64,000 nt of DNA from Podarcis melisellensis (taxonomy: Eukaryota): assembly GCA_964234715.1 (NCBI GenBank), contig OZ174285.1; one strand, written 5' to 3'. This document shows positions 24,656 to 39,404 of the stretch, piece after piece. The notes beneath the pieces were generated by a model. The model made no database searches, was not told the origin of the DNA, and saw only the letters and a program-made list of their open reading frames with translations. Every line of letters starts with the position of its first letter. The first letter of the stretch is position 1. The position numbers and the translations under genes were made by a program.

Positions 24656-25130
24656 GTGGGATTCAGAGAGAGTTGTTGGTATTTTTTGAAAAAGAAGAGG
24701 TCTAAGCAATGCCTCTTTCAGGCATGGTGGGACTCTGTCTTGATTGAAACAGGCATTCACCCCCCGCCCTTATCCACACCACCAGTCCCCCTCACAACTT
24801 CTTTTATAAGCCAGGACAGGCAAGGGTCAGAAACACATGCGATAGGCCTCACCTCTCCACAACTTCAGGTTCTGCAAGTTGAAAGGTGTCCATTGTGACT
24901 GGACAAATGGGGGCCAATGGAAAGGGAATAAAAAAAAAATCCTTGCCACTAAAGAGCAACAGCAGACACAGAATTTTTCACTGTCTGATCTGGCCTGCTA
25001 TGGCCGGCAATGCTTCAATAGGCTAAACCACAACAGAAGGGATTTTTTTAAAAAAACAGCTAGACTGCTTGTTTCCTTTCTTTAGAGGGTACATCATTCT
25101 TCATAGCATACATGGTACTGTGCAGTCCTA

Positions 25131-25307
<177 letters not shown>

Positions 25308-25332
25308 CTATCCAGATCAACAGACGCAACTA

Positions 25333-25578
<246 letters not shown>

Positions 25579-26112
25579 TTATTTAAATATAAATATCCTG
25601 TAATGCTACCTCTAAATATTAATATTAAAAAAAGGGAACCTGAAGCACAACACAGTGGAGCCTTCCAACCTGCCACCCTCCAGATGTTTAAGACTACATC
25701 AGTCCTAGCCAGCACAGCTGTGGAGAGGCAGAACACCAAAAAGAATCAGCAGGATGCCTGTGCTCAAATCCAAACCCTGCTTTCAAATTAGCAGGCAGCC
25801 TAAGGCATGTTAGCAAACAGGAAGGCAGTAAGACATACACAAGAGTACTGGGATCTGGTATTATTTGAAATATTCAGTTGGAAATAAGGACTTTGATTAC
25901 ATGTATGTAGGGGGGAATCTAAATGAAGAGTGAAATGGTGGTGAGCAGACAACTTTCTAAAAAGGAACAAAACTTGTAACCTGTCATTTGCAGAAATATC
26001 TAGTTCACATACTGTTTGCTGTTAAGGAACTGTACCAATTGTAGCAATCTTATAACGTTATCTTTACTTAATTTCCCCCCCTATACTGCACTTTGATACA
26101 AGAAAAATTTCA

Positions 26113-26328
<216 letters not shown>

Positions 26329-26819
26329 TCAGTCACTGTGGGGATTTGTGGGGGGTACTCAATGAGGCATCAATAGCTGAACGTCTGAAAGAGATGGATT
26401 TGGACCAAGGAACTTCTGAAAGCAAGCAAGCACATGCCACAAAGGATTCAGACAAAGGTGGATCTCCTTCCAAAAATAAGATATGAAGATTTATTTATAT
26501 CTCACTGTTTCACCTAATGATCTTAGAGTCGGTTACACTTGGGTAAGATACAATGCAGTAACAGAACAGAAGCAAGCAATACAAATGTAAATTAAAAAAA
26601 ATAAATCATTACCAGCTATCTCCCTTAATCTGAAATGTATAAAATCACCACTGTTAAGGAAAGGCACATTAACCACCTCCCAGTGTCTATACCTGTCTAA
26701 TCTCAGGGGGGAGGGCATTCCAAAACTGGGGTGTCACTACTGAGAAGGCCCTGCTACAGATACCAGCCAATCAGACCTACACCAGTGATGGGGCTTCTAA
26801 TAAGGATTCCCTAACAGAT

Positions 26820-27193
26820 TTGATGCTTTTGAATTATGGTGCTGGAGGAGACTCTTGAGAGTCCCATGGACTGCAAGAAGATCAAACCTACCCATTCTTA
26901 AGGAAATCAGCCCTGAGTGCTCACTGGAAGGACAGATCCTGAAGCTGAGGCTCCAATACTTTGGCCACCTCATGGGAAGAGAAGACTCCCTGGAAAAGAC
27001 CCTGATGTTGGGAAAGATTGAGGGCACAAGAAGAAGGGGACGACAGAGAACAAGATGGTTGGACAGTGTTCTCGAAGCTACCAGCATGAGTTTGACCAAA
27101 CTGCGGGAGGCAGTGGTGGAAGACAGGAGCGCCTGGCGTGCTCTGATCCATGGGGTCACGAAGAGTCGGACATGACTAAACGACGACAACAAC
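26820..27193 (+). mobile_element. Bov-B LINE, 5'-truncated, nested in an old L2 fragment (~26700-27380, minus)
   Basis: Near-identical to the 21520-21893 copy; 11-bp TSD aacagatttga at 26813-26823 and 27191-27201. Confidence 0.92.
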
Positions 27194-27396
27194 AGATTTG
27201 AATAAACAGGCTGGCTAGTATTGGGATGGACACTCTTTCAGGTAGTTGGGGCCCAAAGCAGCTAGGTTTTTATATGTCAAAGTCAACACCTTAAATTGGG
27301 TTCAGTGAGATAAAGGCATCAAATGCAGATGCTTTAGAATTGTTGCTCACAGGCCACATCGACACCTGTGCAGCTGCAGTCCCTGGAGCATCTTTA

Positions 27397-27469
27397 TTGT
27401 TGTTAGCCGCCCTGAGCCCAGCTTCGGCTGGGGAGGGCGGGATATAAATAAATTTTTTTATTATTATTA
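27397..27469 (+). mobile_element. Young L2-type 3' terminus (reverse copy at 4897-4953)
   Basis: gccgccctgagcc..cttcggctggggagggcgggatataaataaa plus (TTA)n tail. Confidence 0.7.
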
Positions 27470-30117
27470 GACAGACCCAGACAGAGCATAGTGAATTTCT
27501 ATCTCATACTTCTTGTTCTCTCTTTTAGAGTGCCCGGTTTCATACATAAAGCTAACTCGTTGTCCCCCAGATTTATGAAACTAGATTCTGTAAGCCAACA
27601 ACAAACAATTGTTTCAGATTCTAGTCAGCTGGCAGTAAATAAGCTAAGCCACTGGGTCTGGATGATCAAACAAAGCATTATGTGCAAACCAAGCCAGTCA
27701 GTAGTAATGACTCCTAGCCAGGGAGGTTCTCAGCCAGCCCAGTTTGAGTGCGGTGGTTGCCCAACTTCCGGCACAACAATGAAAACTCAAGTTTGAAGCC
27801 CCTATAAATTATGCAGGTTGAACAAATATGAATTATGCAAGTTGAATTCTTTTTCATGCAGAATTCATTCACAATGTTTACTATTTTGCATTTTTTATTT
27901 TTTTATTTTTGCTGGGCAAAAAGTCATGCAGAATACTGAATCCCTTTCTACAAATACCACCACTCTGGTTTGTGAGATCCTTTGCAGGCATCTTCCACAT
28001 GATTTCAAATATATCCTTGTAGCTGTAAGGGTTAAACATTTTTTAAAAACAATCAGCCAAGATTCCTGTGAATTATGTGCCTTTTCTGGGCTCATCCAGA
28101 ATCGCAAAAAAGGACACAGCATTGTCCACAGCAGTATTCAAAACTCTTTAGCACCCTGGTCAGCAAACCATATATTCTACTAGTTAACCATCACATATCT
28201 TTAGCCTGATTTGGGGAAGATGAAGTTTGCTTCGTCAGGCAGAAGTAAAATGAAGAAATAATGGAAGGGGGCCACCCACTTCCTAGAGAGCTTTTCACTC
28301 CTGCCTTTGCCACCAGGTAGAGAAGTATCACAACCAGTGACTGCATGATGACTGTAATAAATTTATGCTGGGCTGTATATTACTTGTCTATATAGTGACA
28401 GCTATATAGAGACAACTAAACTTCTATGATACTCTTTCTGGAATGTCAATCTAGTCTTGAAAGCAGATACTAGTCTACTTCTAAATTTTATCCTTTGCTG
28501 CATAGCACCTAGAAATTTAGAGGTCACATTCACCAGTTATGTCAAGTGTGACAGCAATAATTCTAGAGACACAGTAAGTAAGAAACAAAGGTAGCTCTGC
28601 CTATTGAAACAGCCATCAAATCCCAACAATTTATTATTATGTGCAGCAGACCAAGCAGAATGACTTTTCCTTACCTCTGCACACTTCAAATGTCCCTCTC
28701 AAACTAGTGCATGTTCGTGTGAAGATATCACTACATCACACCGCTTTAAGATATTTTCAATATATTAAGCAGTATAAAATTTAAATAATCTAATCTAATC
28801 ACTATGTAGCTTACACATTGCATTAACATCTAGAAACTGAAGATGTCAAGCAAGATAAAGCAGCCAACTCCCAAAATGACAGAGTCTGAAAACAAGGGTA
28901 CACAGAGTGAGGTATGTGCATTTTTTCAGTCCAATTTAACAGTATGTAAGCAATGTGATCCTCCATTCACACACGTAACAGATATTCTGGATCAGTGTTT
29001 CTCAAACACTAGTTTGGGCCACTTTGTGGTGGGCTTCAGTGTCTAGTGGCTCTGGCTGTATAAGTGGAAGTCCAATGGATAGCACTGTTTTAGTCTACAC
29101 AGAACACCCAAAATACTTTCCATAGGCATTGGTCTAAGAAGGTACATCATCAACAGTTAACAGAGATTTGGTTTGGTTTCCCATATGGCTTGGTTTCTAA
29201 TATGGAACATGTGGTGCATAATTCTCAATTGAATTCTAACTACAAACCAAAGGCTATCTAAAAAGAACAGTGAAAGATCTTCAGACTTTAACTAAAACCA
29301 CTACATAGAATTTAATAAACATTTTACAGCCGTATTCCTTTCTAACTGATGGGAGAAGTCTTCTGCAATTTGGAGCACCTAAAGAAAACTCATTTGCAAG
29401 GAAAAAAAGCAAGGTTGGACAAGACAGAGGAAGTCAGTGTCTTTGAGCCTGCTACAAATATAGTTTGTGTTGATATCCCATTTTAAAGTCAACTGACCAC
29501 TAGTACTGTATATCTCCAACATGAGGTACTACTTAAGAGATTGAAAATATTCAGTGTTCGGATGTTTCCAAACAAGGGAGAAGATACTAACTGCAGACCT
29601 CCCATGGTAAATTTCATCAGGACAGTTTAGGCTTAAGTTTAACTAAATTTACAAATTTAACAATTATGATTTTCTGAGCACAGATGCTTGGGGAAAGTGG
29701 TGCTGCTTAACTTAGAAGCACTGAATTGTTGCAAATGGAGAATTTAAATACATTTGGGAACATCTTTGGTTTATATACAACAGAAGCTATTTTGAAACCA
29801 AATTCCTCTGCATCCTACACAGACCAGGTGTCCTGCTGCTTTAATGGTAAGTTATTCATATCCAGAAAGCAGGATATGAAAAAGCTAACATGTTTAATTT
29901 ATGTTCCATAAATTAATACTGCTTCGTTTTCCAGAAGAGGACCTTGGCATGGAGTGCTAAGTGTAGAAACAATGAAACGATATAAAGTTTTGGAATATGC
30001 ACTTCCTTTTTATGGGTTCATTTGCAACTTGTTTAAAACAAGTACAAATGGGCAATATAACAGGGGAAACAGAGGCAATAAAGAAGATGAAATACAGCAT
30101 AAAGATATGTAAAGCCA

Positions 30118-30305
30118 NNNNNNNNNNNNNNNNNNNNNNNNNNNNNNNNNNNNNNNNNNNNNNNNNNNNNNNNNNNNNNNNNNNNNNNNNNNNNNNNNNN
30201 NNNNNNNNNNNNNNNNNNNNNNNNNNNNNNNNNNNNNNNNNNNNNNNNNNNNNNNNNNNNNNNNNNNNNNNNNNNNNNNNNNNNNNNNNNNNNNNNNNNN
30301 NNNNN
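30118..30305. other. Assembly gap (188 N), probable location of alternative exon 11
   Basis: Run of N; a minus-strand polypyrimidine tract runs directly into it. Confidence 0.95.
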
Positions 30306-30746
30306 AGAAAAGGAAGAACAAAAGCATCGTAAGCAGGGAGTACAGCAGCAAATGCTGACTTCATGCACCTATTATGTATTATGCTCCCAACACTGCCCTG
30401 TACATAATTCTCTCTCCCTGATGCTAAATGATGATGGTTAGATTTGATGCACAATAAATTTTCAAAATGCACCATCATCAACAGGGTGCAAAATACTGTA
30501 AGGGCTTGTGGAAATCTGAAAAAAGAAACTTTCTCCCCAAGTTGTGAATTTTTAAAGCTTAATTTCCAAACACAAAAGTTTAACAGAAGTGTTTCAAGGT
30601 CAAGCCAGCTTCCTTCCCCAAAGTTAAAAGCAATTTCAAGGACCTATTAGGAACAGCAATGGATTACATCACAAGCATTTAATTCTAGTTACATTGGAAT
30701 ACAACAAAATGATTTCCCATCAAGGAGAGCCTCGGAAACATCTTAC

Positions 30747-30839
30747 CTTTGGGACAAATCTGTGAGTCCCCACACCAGGAAATGCATCACCAGGTGGCAA
30801 TGATGATGGCCAGTGTAATCTGACCTTTTCACTCTGGGA
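30747..30839 (-). CDS. CERT1: CERT1 exon 10 (93 nt)
   Basis: [31 protein letters not shown]; acceptor ttattttag, donor gtaaga. Confidence 0.95.
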
Positions 30840-31342
30840 CTAAAATAACAAGGTATAATTATTAGTTTGTAATTTTGGACGTATCGTGAACAATTACCAC
30901 AGAAATAATTATGCTAAAAATAATTATCTATCTATGGCAGGCACGACATGGCACTCCAGCCCGTAAGTTAAGAATGCAAAGCCTTAAAGATAATGGCCGT
31001 GCTGCAAACAGACAGCAATTGTCTCTTGTCTGTAATATTAACAAAACAGAAAAGTTACAATGCAGGGAGCTTAGCAAACTGACCTAAGTTCACTCTGCTC
31101 ATAATAAAAGCATTGCAGCACATTCACATGTATAGCACTCTGCCAAGCTACAGCAGAATACTACTCTGAATATTTGCACTGAACACATATTTTTACATAA
31201 TAAAGTGAGGTTCTAAAATAAATGAACTGAAATGTTATATTGGCTGCATGAACCCACAGACAAGGTTATACTTCTGACAAGAGCTTAATATGTGATCTTA
31301 AAGGGGCTTAATTAAACTCCACTGTGGCATACATGCTCTTCA

Positions 31343-31453
<111 letters not shown>

Positions 31454-33080
31454 CTATAACAAACACAAGTAAAGGTCAATAGCAGGTACAAAATGACATT
31501 TTTTAATAAACCAAATGCACTCCAAGTTCTTCATTAAGGAGAAAGTATTTCATTAAAAATGCTTATGTAAAAAGCTGTTTAGGCAATTAAAAATAAAAAT
31601 AAAGCAATTGGGTCAATTTTCTACAGATCTGTTTAAATTTTAAGCATAAAAGGTAATGATATATAGTATAGACCTTTTACGTATTTATAATAAGGTGGCG
31701 AGAACATGGGATTCTATTACTGTCTTCCCATATTAAGGTAGTAGTTCAAGCTGCTTGTTAAGTGAGCACTGACAATCACAATTTTAAGGGGACACAGACC
31801 TAAGAGTAAAGGACAAGGACCAGTAAACATCAAGGATACTGGAAGGGAGAAAATGCCACTAAGCAAGCAAATATCAAATGCAAACTGGTGGTGATGTGTT
31901 AGAAATTCTGAAGTCCAGAACTTTTGTTTCTCATTCACGCTGTGCATCTTGTATAGACAAGTGTCACAGGAGTTAATGCTAAAATCTCCACTACTGAAAT
32001 AAATGGTTCTTAAAGAGCTCAACCTTGACTGGATTGCCCCAAGGGCACTTTGAGGGGCCATATCTCATTTCTGAGCAATGTCCTCCTACTCCCACAAAGT
32101 TTTGGAGTGCCTGTATCTGCTGCAGTCTCTGCTACCATCTTTAGCCACATAACTGCTGGGGAACAAAGTTCATGAAGCAGCATGAAGCAGTTGGGCTAGT
32201 TTTGCATCTCTTACTCCCCATGCATTTTTATACAATACATGTCTGGCACTACCCACACTCTGGAGTTTGACACACACATTCCCCAGTCCTCTTTCTTACA
32301 CAGCAGCATAATAAACTGAAGGAGTTGCAGTACCAAGAGCAAATCTGAATAATGCTTAAGCGCATACATGGAAAGCTGGGCTGTTCATAAGAGTACATGC
32401 CCTAAGTAATGAGAACAGAATCCTGATTTAAGATGGACAATCCTAAGCTCTCTTACTATTCTAGCTAAGGGTTTATATTCAAGATTTTAGTTGTAAAAAC
32501 TGTTACACTATAACAAAGGTTCTTCAAACTCTCTGGAGTCGACTTTTTAGTCGTATTTGTTACCACCACATGACTGGGAAGTATTGGTTCACCTGCATAG
32601 TATAAATGAATAATTACAATGCTTTCAACTGCCGCCACTTCTTTCAAACAAGCTTTTTAGTTTATACATGTCTGATAAAATGGACAGGTGGGGTCTTTTG
32701 CATTCCACATTCTTTCAAACTGGGTCCATAATCTGGAAAAGCTACAAATGTTTCAGTCTCCTTATATTTAATGAGACTTAGCATGAGAAATAGAACAATG
32801 GATACGCCCTTACGATTATTCACCGATTAAAAAGTAAGGGAAAGGTTTTAGCAAGAAGTGTATTTGAGCTACTGTGCTTTCAAATCTACTAAGTCACAAC
32901 CCTTTCTTGATGCGCAGGAAGTCTGCACTGAAGCCTTGTTTCCAGGTATTCATGGTCCAGGGTAAATATTGAAAAAAGATAAATATTTGAACTTCATTGC
33001 CTGGTATTCTAAGATTTCCCTCAGGACTACCTTATGCTTATGACCTAGGGACAGAGCTCCCACGTATCACCAGTTCCTAC

Positions 33081-33173
33081 CTCATAATCTGGCCCACCAA
33101 AATGAGACTTTTTTTTAAGTTCTGTCATAGCATTTTTGTAGGCTTCTTCTATTCTCCTCCTTTTTTCAATTTC
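33081..33173 (-). CDS. CERT1: CERT1 exon 8 (93 nt), coiled-coil region
   Basis: [31 protein letters not shown]; acceptor ttcttacag, donor gtagga. Confidence 0.97.
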
Positions 33174-33380
33174 CTGTAAGAATACACACAAGGGCAAAAG
33201 TTTATTTCTAATCTCATATTGGAACAAGACTTGAACACTGTGATAGCATCTTCATAATTTGCTATATTGCACCACAAGATGCAGAGGCATAACAAACTGT
33301 TGCGTTATTGCAAATGATAAGAGGAATAGACAACAAAAAAAGTTCTCAAGATGAAAGCTATTGGAGCAACTGGAATTTTA

Positions 33381-33431
33381 GCTCTAAGAGCTATCATAGG
33401 GTGAACTGCTAATGGCAGCTTATGAAATTTA
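33381..33431. repeat. 51-bp exact direct repeat, copy 1 (copy 2 at 35187-35237)
   Basis: gctctaagagctatcatagggtgaactgctaatggcagcttatgaaattta is identical at both sites. Confidence 0.95.
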
Positions 33432-34021
33432 ACTAAAATATAGCAATTGAAAACAAAACAGATTTTGAGAGGCTACATTCACCTTGATCAACTTCCACCC
33501 GGAAACCTGTCTCCACTGTGGAAGGATGTGTGGATCCAGAATTGGCCTCCACAGTCACTTAGGGACTCATTGTTAATAACTGTGTTTATGGAAGACAATC
33601 TTACTTGGCTACGAGTGATCGCCAAAGAAGACGACTCTCACCCCAGGACACAGAGTTAAAACATACTACAGAGTTATGTAGCACTACTCACAAACAAGCA
33701 ATATGGCTAACACAGGGCATGAGGAAAATTAGCACAAATATTAATTTTTTTTTTTTAAAAAAAGCTTAATCCTGTTTAAAGCTTCTTAAACACCCAATTG
33801 TAAGAAGCACATTTCAAACATACAACACTAACAGATTGCAATCAGGTCTGCGGATGGGGAACCAAAAAGCAACATGTGATATTTGCTAAATAACATGCCT
33901 ACAATAGATGGAAGTGCTGGCATTTTAAACCATTATGTCGAAAACAACCTTAAGGTACATAACTGCATGTAAACACAAGTTACCATCCTTAATTTACCTG
34001 AAGCCAAAGCCATGCCATTTA

Positions 34022-34228
<207 letters not shown>

Positions 34229-35616
34229 TTATCAGTACAAACCGTGCTTTGCTCAAATGCATGTTACCCCATAAAGCATTTACTGCATGCTTGGCTTGTG
34301 CGCAGTTTAAACCATTAGAGTTCATCTATTTGGAAAGCACAGAGGAAACTCAACAGGAGAAATGTCCTTCTTCAGCTACATCTTTAGTGTACTGTATTCT
34401 CTCAGTTCTTCTGTGCCGTATAGCAGCATTGAAAGGAAAAAAAGCCATGTGGGTGGCAGAAGTGGTAATACTCTTGTAACAATACCACCAATTTGACAGC
34501 TTGATTAAAACAGAACTACCTTAAAGCCTAGCAGATGTAGCATTTAAAAACCAATAATTAACGTGAACTCGAATCTTGTCATGAACTGTGAAAAATGCCC
34601 TCAGAAAAAGTGTTCAGGTTTCTAATGATGTCCTCTGAAGTGGAAGGACACTTTCTGAATATACCTCAACAAATGAATTCTCCTTAGTTACAGTGATTTC
34701 GAATACCGCATCAGCCATCTGTTGCTAAGCTTGTTTAAATAAAAAAAAGTGATCTATTTAAAAGTATACGAGAGAGAATGTTATAAAAATACATCAACAT
34801 ATATTAACAGTGGCAAAACATATTGTTCAATCATGTGTTGACACACTAAGACTGGAGCTGGCTGCTTGCTAGGAGCCTGCATTTAGGAATGGCATGGTCC
34901 AATATATGGCATACTCACGAGCATCTACCACATCCAAATCAGATGTACAATCTAAATCAGTAATTTAATTGGTAACTGAAACTAGCCCCTTTCAGGGCTG
35001 CAGTTCAGCATTTAAAAGAGTTGCGCCAAAGGCTTCACATACATTTGCAGTGATTACCAGAGCTACTTGGTTGTTGCCAGCATTATCAGAAACAGTGGGG
35101 AGGCGGGGAGTGGAGGCTGAAAGATAAGGTCATCTAGCAAGTTTATGGCTGAGACAAGGTCTGAAGCAGAGATTTTTCCAGCCCATGCTCTAAGAGCTAT
35201 CATAGGGTGAACTGCTAATGGCAGCTTATGAAATTTAGTGGATAGACCTTGGGTCAAAAGAATCTGCTCCGATAAAAGCTGACGCATTAAGCCTTTCCCC
35301 TGCCCAGGGATCAAGGTAACATTCCAGACTTGCCATTCCTTGACAAAGAGAAGTGGTGGCATTGACAATTTCAGCTCAGTCTGTTCTATTCAAGGAATGT
35401 ACATTTAACAGCCAAAATGTCCGCTCCCCTACTGTCGCTTTTGGAGTCATCTTAAGTGATCAAAACCATTTTAAAAATGAAAAGAGATATAAAAAAGCAT
35501 AATCTTTGAGAGGATGCTGCTTCAAGTCCTCTTGTAGCTTATATTTTTTCAAACACATTACTGGAAGTTTTTGCGTTATACAAGAGGCTTAAATAAATAT
35601 TAGCAACCAGAAAATA

Positions 35617-35626
35617 AATAATAATA

Positions 35627-35675
<49 letters not shown>
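35617..35675. repeat. (AAT)n microsatellite
   Basis: Direct reading. Confidence 0.95.
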
Positions 35676-35678
<3 letters not shown>

Positions 35679-36039
35679 GCTACAGAAAGTGCCACACAAG
35701 AAGAATCAAGACGATTATGCACAGAATGGTCGTGTCGTCATAATCACTCAATCTTCCAAAGCTAAAGTAAAGGATAGCAGTTCACAAACCTCATCATTCC
35801 AACCCCCCCACTAGTCAAGTACACTTCTACAGCTCTGGATATATATATTTTTTTAATGGGAAAGAGATTAAAAATTAGTCATTACTCTGTTTTTTTATCT
35901 ATCTATTTAATTATGTGTACACAGAAGTAATATTAGTTTTTTCTGTGACCATATGCTGGTAAAATTTGTCCTGGGTCACAGATCCCTTTGTGCCCACATA
36001 CAGAACGGGTTCCCTGCCCTTTGGTACATCTCCTGTTTA

Positions 36040-36120
36040 GCTGTGATTCCTGTATTGCAGGGGGTTGGACTAGATGACCCTCTGGTCCCCTTCCAACTCT
36101 ACAGGTTCTGGGATTCTATG
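36040..36120 (+). mobile_element. CR1-type 3' end
   Basis: ggggttggactagatgacc...cccttccaactctac...gattctatg. Confidence 0.75.
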
Positions 36121-36224
36121 TGAAGTTGCCTCTGAAAAAAACACTGAACAGGGAAGCCATGGCAAAGTGGCAGCTCCATGGTAACATTCTGCATCAAAGT
36201 CTTCATATGAAGATCCATGAAGGG

Positions 36225-36330
36225 CAGGCATGTTTTGGGACTACAACTCCCATCATCCCTAGCTAACAGGACCAGGATGATGGGAGTTGTAGTCCCAAAA
36301 CATTTGGAGGGCTGAGTTTGCCTATGCCTG
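36225..36330. mobile_element. Palindromic hAT-type MITE
   Basis: TIR caggcat/atgcctg; TSD atgaaggg/atgaagag (7 of 8 match); perfect 29-bp internal stem. Confidence 0.75.
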
Positions 36331-36577
36331 ATGAAGAGGGACTCCAGAGAAATTGCTCTCCAGGTATAAATTTAAAAAACCTGTTTTCAGCTTGGCTCCA
36401 GTGAAAACCTGCAGCCCAACACATGGTTGGCCTCCAATCCCATAATCACAGACTACTGGAATGCTGGCTTGGTCTGATGGGAGTTAAAGCCCATCAGCAT
36501 CTGAAGGGCCACACTTCCCTCATCTGTACAATTCCGTGAGCAGCCTAGCTCTTGCCCCTCTTTTAGAACAGAACACA

Positions 36578-36718
36578 GTAGCTCAGTTGGTTAGAGCATG
36601 GTGCTGATAATGCCAAGGTTGTAGGTTTGATTCCCGCATGGGACAGCTGCATGTTTCTGCATTACAGGGGGTTTGGATCCTCAGGGTCCCTTCCAACCCT
36701 ACAATTATAGGATTCTAT
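36578..36718 (+). mobile_element. SINE with tRNA-Ile-like head and CR1-like tail
   Basis: tagctcagttggttagagcatggtgctgataatgccaaggtt...; tail cccttccaaccctacaattataggattcta. Confidence 0.7.
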
Positions 36719-37507
36719 ACATGGTTGCATAAATTCTCAACACATCATCTTGCGGTGGAAGTAGTAAGATGAAGGTTTATATGTCTTTTCAGGCAAGGGA
36801 ACACAACCAAGTACAAGATCAATAGTCAGAAAGAAAGCAAACTAACCCCGCCCCCCCCGCCCCCGAACACGTGGCTGAGTGGTTTAAAATATCTGTGTCA
36901 TATTTCATGACAAGATGTACGTGTAGTTTACAATGCTAATGAAAAGAAAATAGGAGAGTTCAAAGTGACAGCTGAAGATGCCCACCTAAACATAATTGTG
37001 CACAATCAACTGGGATGAGGTAGCTTTTATTTAAATCTGATCACATGGGAATTAGTCACTATCTATTTTCAAATTAAAGAGATTCAGCCAATGGGGAGGT
37101 ATTTCAAGTTAGAAACAAAACTTTGTGATTGTTAACTAGTTTTATAGAGAAGATCCTTTCCCCGCAGTTCTGTAGAAGGCTAACCTAGGAGATGTAATAA
37201 TTCTCCACGACTGAAGGTTGGTTAAACTACAAATCAGTACATATAATTTATTAGTGAAACACAGAATTTATTACCAGAGCACATTTATTGAAACCCTGAA
37301 GAATTTTTGAACTCTGTAGTGGCAATATATGCCAACTTACCTGGGTGTAAGTGCCAGTGAACTTACTAAGATTTACTTCTAAGAAGACATGCATAGGGTT
37401 CCATTGTAAGTCTCTGAAGAACAGTTATTTTGTGGCTAATTAGCTTCAGGATCACTGTTCTTACATCTTTAGAACATTTTGACAACCATACATTTAAGCG
37501 TACTCAC

Positions 37508-37591
37508 ATTTTTCCTTACTTCCATTACTATTGTGTAAAAAATCCCCATCAGAGCGTGTTGTAGGGAAATCATCTTCATCATCTTCTACCA
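37508..37591 (-). CDS. CERT1: CERT1 exon 6 (84 nt)
   Basis: (V)[27 protein letters not shown]+T; acceptor ttgttgtag, donor gtgagt. Confidence 0.96.
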
Positions 37592-38152
37592 CTACAACAA
37601 AGAGAAGCATTGATTACTACTGGGCCTTGGAGGAAACTGAAAGAGCAGTAGAAAAATAATTTGCCAGTGCAGTCGTATCTGGAGAGTCAACAAGACATAC
37701 TCTACTACTACTCTTACGTGTGTGTAATTTCAGTGTATAATTTCAGTGTACACTGCAACATGGTCATAAATTATTATTTTTTTATCATGTACAAGCAACA
37801 GGAAGTTAAGGCTAGCAGGGATCCAAATGCTGGGGGTAGTGGTGGTTCAGCCACGCTGAGGGCTATTCTGACACATCTGTTCAGCAAAACAATTGAGGTG
37901 ATATTTCATCATGTGCTCTGTGACATCACTCAAAGTAACTTTGTAGCTTTGGATTCTTGATGGAAACAAAAGAACCCTTGGCTACCTTTGTTGCTACATT
38001 TCTATTAAATTTTGCTGTGAAATATGAAAACACAGAGTGAACATTTGGCCAGGTACAGCAAAATGTGCATCAAAGCAAGTAGTGACATTTCCTTCCAACT
38101 TGAGACATTTTAGCACTGCTTTCACTAAAGCGGCATCTAATCCACACTTACT

Positions 38153-38280
38153 GGCAGCCCTGTTTAGGGAAGCTTTTCATGTTTAACAGACTATTGTATT
38201 TTAATATTTTGTTGGAAGCCACCCAGAGTGGCTGGGGAAACCCAGCCAGATGGGCAGGGTATAAACAATAGATGATGATG

Positions 38281-38318
<38 letters not shown>

Positions 38319-38348
38319 TATTGTTATTACTACTACTACTACCACCAC
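38153..38348 (+). mobile_element. L2 3' end with compound trinucleotide tail
   Basis: ggcagccctgtttagggaag...cccagagtggctggggaaacccagccagatggg; matches 61682-61790. Confidence 0.8.
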
Positions 38349-38890
38349 TTTGGAGCAAGCCTGCCCGACAAAGGGTCTCACTTCAGAGCAGCAATGCACA
38401 AGTTTCTGCTTTCGTGAATATGACTGTATTAGCATTTTACGGCAGGGTTACTTCTGAATGTAACCCTATTATGATGGAATGTGAATAGTCACAGGGAACT
38501 TGTATTACATCAGTGTAGGAAGGCCTTACCTCCTGCACCAGTAACCCAAGTCCATTGTGTATGTGCACTCAGCATAAATGCCCATCTACAAATGACTCTG
38601 TGGTAACCCTATGCATCCCATGTATGACTGGTAAAGTGAAAGAGCAATTATTAAAAACACACATATCAACAGCATTAGTGGGAAGAGGAAGAGAAGATGG
38701 GGATCTGAAGAGAGCAGAAGGAAGTGTATGGGAAGCAAGTATACAATTATCTCTAATGAAGGAGGTTGGGCACTGCTGTGCTAGACAGCTGAAAGACTTG
38801 TCAATTTTTTAAAACAAAAGTTACAAATATGACAGTTTGTAACGCTTGTTACTTTCCTATCAGACCCTAGAATGTGATGCCTTTTGTTTA

Positions 38891-39067
<177 letters not shown>

Positions 39068-39296
39068 TTAAAACCATTCAGCTGTTATTTATTTTTATTT
39101 ACTATATTACTATATTACTTTCTATATCAAAAGAAATACCAAGGCAGTTCACAAGGCAATAATGTAATAACAAAAAAATCAATAAAAAGTTAAGTAGACA
39201 AAAATACATCATTATGAGGTTATCACAGGAGATGCATGCAACTTGGGGTATGGGTGAGGAATCATTTGTAAGACCTTTACGTTCTTTGTCACTTAC

Positions 39297-39404
39297 CTTG
39301 AATGAGGAGGTCGATGTTGCCGAATACCCACTCGCTCCAGACACAAGGGATACCATAGAGCCATGGCGCCGTAAGCTTGTCTCTGATCCATAGCCAGATT
39401 CAGT
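39297..39404 (-). CDS. CERT1: CERT1 exon 4 (108 nt), serine-repeat phosphoregulatory motif
   Basis: [36 protein letters not shown]; acceptor ttcttcag, donor gtaagt. Confidence 0.97.

Noticed and set aside
29957-30481. ORFs of 111-174 aa
   Set aside because: Artefacts of translating through the N gap
36578-36645. tRNA-Ile-like sequence (and tRNA-Lys-like at 62890-62951)
   Set aside because: Acceptor stem is broken and fused to a CR1-like tail, so these are SINE heads rather than tRNA genes
38148-38457. Poly-Ile/Val/Thr ORFs (also poly-Leu at 61755-61937)
   Set aside because: Translations of trinucleotide microsatellite tails of L2 elements
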